Source: an uncultured Candidatus Saccharibacteria bacterium | GTDB taxonomy: Bacteria > Patescibacteriota > Minisyncoccia > Phycocordibacterales > 2-02-FULL-43-11 | Reading direction: 5' to 3' | DNA length: 64,000 nucleotides | Assembly (NCBI GenBank): GCA_964348785.1 | Contig: CAYGDO010000001.1 | Span: 21,724-85,723 of the forward strand | In this document: piece by piece, positions 60,074-64,000 of the stretch | Numbering within the stretch: the stretch's first letter is position 1 | Layout: each line of letters begins with the position of its first letter | The notes under the pieces: generated by a model | Seen by the model: only the letters and a program-made list of their open reading frames with translations | Databases searched by the model: none | What the model was told of the DNA's origin: nothing | Position numbers and translations under genes: made by a program

Positions 60074-61573
60074 TTAATCTTCTTCGTATCTTTTAATAAT
60101 CTTTACAACACCTTCATTTACATTAACTTCTACCAAATCCCCATCTTTCAAAACTTTCGTGGCAATTTTCGTGCCGATAATGCAGGGAATTCCCAACTCT
60201 CTTGAAATAATCGCTGCGTGGCAAGCAATACCGCCTTCGTTTGTAATAATCGCTTTTGCTTTTCTCATTAATGGCACGAACTCAATTCTGGTCATTGATG
60301 TAACCAGAATCTCTCCGTCTTCAAAAATATCCTTGGAGGGATCAAGTACTACTCTGACTTTTCCTGAGAAATTACTTACACCTCCTCTACTTGCAACTTG
60401 TCCTTTTACAAAACCCTCGAATTTAAAAGCTGTCGCTACTGAAAAAAGCTCCTTGGCTTCGCCATCATAGAATATTTTCGCATTTTGTCCTTTTTCCCAT
60501 ACCATAAAAACTCCCGCTTTTCTTCTTCTTATCTCTTCCACATTTAATTTATATTCACTTTCTAAACATTTACCGAACTCATCAAAAGTATAAACCGCTA
60601 AATCCTCATAAGGAATATTGGATACTTTAGCAGTATGATCCATAGTCATTGCCAAGTAATAAAAAAATCTCATCATTCCGATTTTTCTTAAATCAATCCA
60701 CTGAATAACAAGTTTCGCAAAAGCTAAATCTCTTTTATCTATTTCGGTTAGCTCTATTGTACCCAGAATTTTTTTACGATTTTCATGTAAGACATCAAAA
60801 TTTTGTCTATTTTTTTCTATTTCCAATTCAATGCCCTCTTTTTTATTCTTAGAAATTTCAACGTAAACTTCTTTTAGAATTTTTTCCGGAGTAGTTTCTT
60901 CAGCCTTATAAAAATCACTTCGGAACCAAAAATACTTATCAATGTAACTTTTAATATTTTCTTTAAGAATTTTTCCAGAGGATACTTCAATGCAAATCCT
61001 CAAGAAATCCTCTCTTTCAAGATTGAAAACGGTTGGTTCTTCCGGATGTGCCAAAGTATTAAATATCTCATCTGCCTTATTAATTTCTAAATTATGACGT
61101 TTGGCAAAATGAGGAACTATTTCCTTATTTATAATAGCCCCCTTATCCTCCCAAAGAGAACAATAATGAAACCACTCTCCTGAAAGAATCGAAAATTTTT
61201 TATAAAAATCAAAAATTTTCTCTTTTGAATAAGTCGCGCCATTTTTAAAATATTCTTCCCAAGCTTTTTCTATCTCCTTTTCCAAAAAAATCTGACGTTC
61301 TATCATTTTATCTGCGCTCTTTGGATCACGTAAATAATCGTCGTATACTTTTTTAGCAATATCCTCAATTATCTTCTTAGCATTAAATTGATGGAACGAA
61401 CCCATCTTATCAAAAGAGAAAAAAGCGAAACCTGGACTGTATAGAACACCATGAAGCGAATCAGATTCTGTGTAAGACTTGAAAGCCATATCAAGCGCCA
61501 CCAAAGAGACGCCGGCAATAGCATTATCTAACTCATTATTTTTGAGATAGTTTATTATTTCGCCTTTTGTCAT
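60074..61573 (-). CDS. PEP-utilising swivel-domain protein, paralogue E
   Basis: 499 aa; C-terminus [46 protein letters not shown]. Confidence 0.7.
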   Translation of the reverse strand: MTKGEIINYLKNNELDNAIAGVSLVALDMAFKSYTESDSLHGVLYSPGFAFFSFDKMGSFHQFNAKKIIEDIAKKVYDDYLRDPKSADKMIERQIFLEKEIEKAWEEYFKNGATYSKEKIFDFYKKFSILSGEWFHYCSLWEDKGAIINKEIVPHFAKRHNLEINKADEIFNTLAHPEEPTVFNLEREDFLRICIEVSSGKILKENIKSYIDKYFWFRSDFYKAEETTPEKILKEVYVEISKNKKEGIELEIEKNRQNFDVLHENRKKILGTIELTEIDKRDLAFAKLVIQWIDLRKIGMMRFFYYLAMTMDHTAKVSNIPYEDLAVYTFDEFGKCLESEYKLNVEEIRRRKAGVFMVWEKGQNAKIFYDGEAKELFSVATAFKFEGFVKGQVASRGGVSNFSGKVRVVLDPSKDIFEDGEILVTSMTRIEFVPLMRKAKAIITNEGGIACHAAIISRELGIPCIIGTKIATKVLKDGDLVEVNVNEGVVKIIKRYEED

Positions 61574-61670
61574 AAGTTATTTTTTAGAATTGTGACTACC
61601 CCCTCTCCGCATCCATCCCAGTAGCAAAAATCAGAATTTCGCTACGGGACAAGCCTCCACCAATATATCA

Positions 61671-63722
61671 TTACTTACCCACTCTTTTAATTATTTTGAC
61701 AATGCCCTCGTTTGCATTAACTTCGACCTCATCACCGTCTTTCAAAACCTTCGTAGCAATTTTGGTGCCGATAATGCAAGGAATTCCTAATTCTCTAGAA
61801 ACTATTGCTGCATGAGATATTATTCCTCCCTCATCAGTTATGATTGCCCCAGCTTTTTTACAAGCCAATATCATTTCAGGGCCAGTAGAGCCCGCCACCA
61901 ACACTTCACCCTCCTTCATCATTTCTATTTCCGTCTTAAAATCAGTATCTGCGCTAAACATTATCTTTTTAACTTTCCCTTTATAAATTCCTTTATGTGC
62001 GACATTTCCCTTAAAACTCTCTAAATCTTTATCAACTTCTAAAAACTGCTTATAAAGAATTTCTGCTTCTTCACCCACGACATCTTCACCATTAGAAAAC
62101 AAGCCACGAACAATTGCGCCAGATCTTTTCGAAACTGAGATTTTGCGTCCACGTAACATTTCCACCAGTTCAGTGTATTTATAGTCCTCCACAGACAATT
62201 CAAGTGTAAGGCGTCTGGAAATTTCATCTAAAAAGGGCTTGAGAATATTAGGATCATACATTGTAAAATTAAGAAGTTTACGATATTCAAATTTTAATTC
62301 ACCAGCTTGTTTCAATTTTTTCTCTAAAGCAGGGTCTTTTTGCAACTTTGCAGCCACCAAATCTAAACTGTGATATTCCAAAGGAAAATAATTACGCCAC
62401 ATCTCTATAGACAAGATGGCTGATTTTTCCAAGAACTCTGCCAGTTCTTCATTCGAAAGCTTTTCCGTTTTTATCGTCAGTAATTCACTTATACTTTTTT
62501 CAAATTTCACCATCTTCTGTCTTAAGTCTGTCGTAAACTCTTCATATCTCTTAATAAATAAATTTAAACCTTCCTCCCCGAGTCTCTCGTGTTCAACCTT
62601 ACTAACAAAAAGACTGTTCGAACGCTCTTTGATAAAGAGGATAAAATCCTTATCTGCATAACCCGAATAGAAATGAGCGTCAGAAAAAATATACGGCACA
62701 CCAAACGTCCAAAGAAAATCATAATCTTTTACACTAGGAAAATTTTTAGGCTTTTCTTCTAAAATATCAATTTTCTTAGACAAAGTCGTAATTGGTCTCG
62801 ACTGAACAATATAGAATTTACCAGCCTCGTATGCCCATTCAATATCGCAAGGAAAACCATAGTGCTTTTCTATGCCGAGAATAATTTCCGACAATTCCAA
62901 AATTTGCTTTTCGCTTAATTTTTGCTTTTCGCCCTCAACGGCGGAAATATCTCTCCATTCATTTCCACCACCTACTTTCCTGAATAAGCCACGTTCCTGA
63001 ACGGAAATGTTTGAGTCAATAATTCTTCTTGGTTCTTTTTCTACAACATAAGAATCTGGCGTAATCTGTCCAGACACAATCGCTTCGCCAAGACCAAACC
63101 CGGCTTCAATAATCATCTGATTATAATCCTCTGTTACAGGGTGAACAGAAAAAGCGATTCCAGACACTTCGGATTCAACCATTTTTTGCACCACCACTGC
63201 CACAGAAATTTTTGTTTTATGTAAATCTTTTTCAAAACGATAAAAAATAGCACGAGGAGTAAACAAAGACGCCCAACACTTCCTCACATTTTTCAAAAGA
63301 TCAGACTCTTCTGTATTCAAAAAACTATCAAGTTGCCCTGCCCAAGCAGCAGAACTAGAATCTTCTGCCGTAGCAGAAGACCGAACAGCGACAAACCTAG
63401 CGCCTAACGCCTTAAAACCTTTCCTAATTTCCTCTCTAATATCTTCAGGCATTTCTTTTGCCAAAATCAAAGATTGAATTTGTTCTGATGCGTTTTCAAC
63501 TGTATGCATTTCAGCATGTTTTACCTTGTGAAGGATTGAATCTATTTCAATATTTAAATCTGTTTCTTCGCAAAATCTTTCAAAAGCACCAGCAAGAACA
63601 ACAAAACCCGGTGGAACCGGAATCCCCGCATTGGTCATTTCTCCAAGCGACGCACCTTTTCCTCCCGCAATTTCTGCATCATTTTTCGAAAGCTCTTTGA
63701 ATTCCTTGGTGAATTTTTGCAT
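61671..63722 (-). CDS. PEP synthase/rifampicin-phosphotransferase-like enzyme: N-terminal PEP/pyruvate-binding ATP-grasp domain (PPDK_N-like) + middle domain + C-terminal swivel domain, paralogue F
   Basis: 683 aa; N-terminus EIAGGKGASLGEMTNAGIPVPPGFVV... (PPDK_N), C-terminus [46 protein letters not shown]. Confidence 0.75.
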   Translation of the reverse strand: MQKFTKEFKELSKNDAEIAGGKGASLGEMTNAGIPVPPGFVVLAGAFERFCEETDLNIEIDSILHKVKHAEMHTVENASEQIQSLILAKEMPEDIREEIRKGFKALGARFVAVRSSATAEDSSSAAWAGQLDSFLNTEESDLLKNVRKCWASLFTPRAIFYRFEKDLHKTKISVAVVVQKMVESEVSGIAFSVHPVTEDYNQMIIEAGFGLGEAIVSGQITPDSYVVEKEPRRIIDSNISVQERGLFRKVGGGNEWRDISAVEGEKQKLSEKQILELSEIILGIEKHYGFPCDIEWAYEAGKFYIVQSRPITTLSKKIDILEEKPKNFPSVKDYDFLWTFGVPYIFSDAHFYSGYADKDFILFIKERSNSLFVSKVEHERLGEEGLNLFIKRYEEFTTDLRQKMVKFEKSISELLTIKTEKLSNEELAEFLEKSAILSIEMWRNYFPLEYHSLDLVAAKLQKDPALEKKLKQAGELKFEYRKLLNFTMYDPNILKPFLDEISRRLTLELSVEDYKYTELVEMLRGRKISVSKRSGAIVRGLFSNGEDVVGEEAEILYKQFLEVDKDLESFKGNVAHKGIYKGKVKKIMFSADTDFKTEIEMMKEGEVLVAGSTGPEMILACKKAGAIITDEGGIISHAAIVSRELGIPCIIGTKIATKVLKDGDEVEVNANEGIVKIIKRVGK

Positions 63723-63737
63723 ATAAACATTATATTA

Positions 63738-63746
63738 TCTAACGGG
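63738..63746 (+). repeat. TCTAACGGG motif copy in the promoter region at the upstream boundary of the swivel-domain array
   Basis: ttatctaacgggataaat. Confidence 0.45.
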
Positions 63747-63780
63747 ATAAATATTACACTTTTATAGAAAATCAGCAAAG

Positions 63781-63812
63781 AAAAAACCACTCTTTAAAAA
63801 TGGTTTTTTCTT
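63781..63812 (-). terminator. terminator of upstream partial gene (GAAAAAACCA-loop-TGGTTTTTTC)
   Basis: A/T-rich 9-bp stem followed by T-run on minus strand. Confidence 0.4.
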
Positions 63813-63833
63813 TTGAACAATACTAACGCTAAC

Positions 63834-64000
63834 CTACATTGTAGACGGAGTAGAAACGCACTCCTTACAAGTACTCTTGTGAGTTGCAACCTCAACGATT
63901 GCAGCAACACCAACAAGAACATAGACGATCATTTCAACCGTAGGCCAATTTCCCAAAAGCATATTAACAACATTGTAATCGAACGCTGTTAAGCCCCAGT
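63834..64000 (-). CDS. C-terminal part of a membrane-protein gene running off the window end
   Basis: minus-strand frame ...MIVYVLVGVAAIVEVATHKSTCKECVSTPSTM* ending at TAG (63834-63836). Confidence 0.3.
   Translation of the reverse strand, partial: WGLTAFDYNVVNMLLGNWPTVEMIVYVLVGVAAIVEVATHKSTCKECVSTPSTM

Noticed and set aside
55809-60470. Plus-strand ORFs inside the swivel-array genes (55809-56141, 57314-57742, 58797-59000, 60159-60470, 24948-25217) sharing [16 protein letters not shown]
   Set aside because: They are the antisense reading of the conserved swivel-domain codons. The similarity among them mirrors the sense-strand conservation.
1-64000. CRISPR arrays, rRNA genes, transposase/integrase genes
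   Set aside because: No regularly spaced direct repeats, no rRNA-like conserved segments, and no DDE/tyrosine-recombinase-like ORFs were seen. The att-like tRNA fragment repeats and boundary motifs are therefore unaccompanied by a recombinase within this window.

Overview
This 64 kb window is AT-rich (roughly one-third GC by eye) and densely packed with small genes. The gene content fits a Candidate Phyla Radiation (Patescibacteria)-type genome. Recognisable housekeeping genes include a partial ABC-F ATPase, a cold-shock protein, a short dnaX, serS, dprA, topA, a small RelA/SpoT homologue, parB, rsgA and a Dus, plus tRNA-Gln(TTG) and tRNA-Leu(CAA). Many small nucleotide-metabolism accessory enzymes are present (NUDIX, ASCH, DUF1697, two histidine phosphatases, HD, CYTH, deoxyribosyltransferase-like).

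Five things stand out:

1. Discrete GC-rich islands sit in the AT-rich background. The clearest are a tandem pair of paralogous GC-rich genes at 12.5-14.2 kb, each with its own near-identical AT-rich sigma70-like promoter/leader and near-identical terminator. Others lie at 2.5, 18.6-20.5, 21.5-22.2, 32.5-33.6, 34.1-34.5, 35.6-37.0, 46.1-46.8 and 53.6-54.2 kb.

2. Six tandem minus-strand genes at 54.4-63.7 kb, plus a seventh paralogue at 24.9-26.3 kb, each end in a conserved PEP-utilising phosphohistidine swivel domain with the catalytic His retained. Their N-terminal domains are unrelated. Only one gene carries the ATP-grasp (PPDK_N-like) domain. The 3' ends are near-identical at nucleotide level, and there is a pseudo-fragment in one intergenic spacer. 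A GC-rich histidine-phosphatase gene is convergent on the array.

3. A recurring CTTCTAACGGG(G) motif bounds the histidine-phosphatase gene and both ends of the swivel-domain array.

4. Both tRNA loci are followed by an inverted T-arm fragment plus a direct copy of the tRNA 3' end. These can pair into a tRNA-3'-end-mimicking hairpin.

5. A roughly 1 kb GC-rich structured intergenic region lies next to dnaX, with predicted terminators on both strands. It probably encodes unclassified ncRNAs.

All calls are from reading the sequence. No database searches were run.
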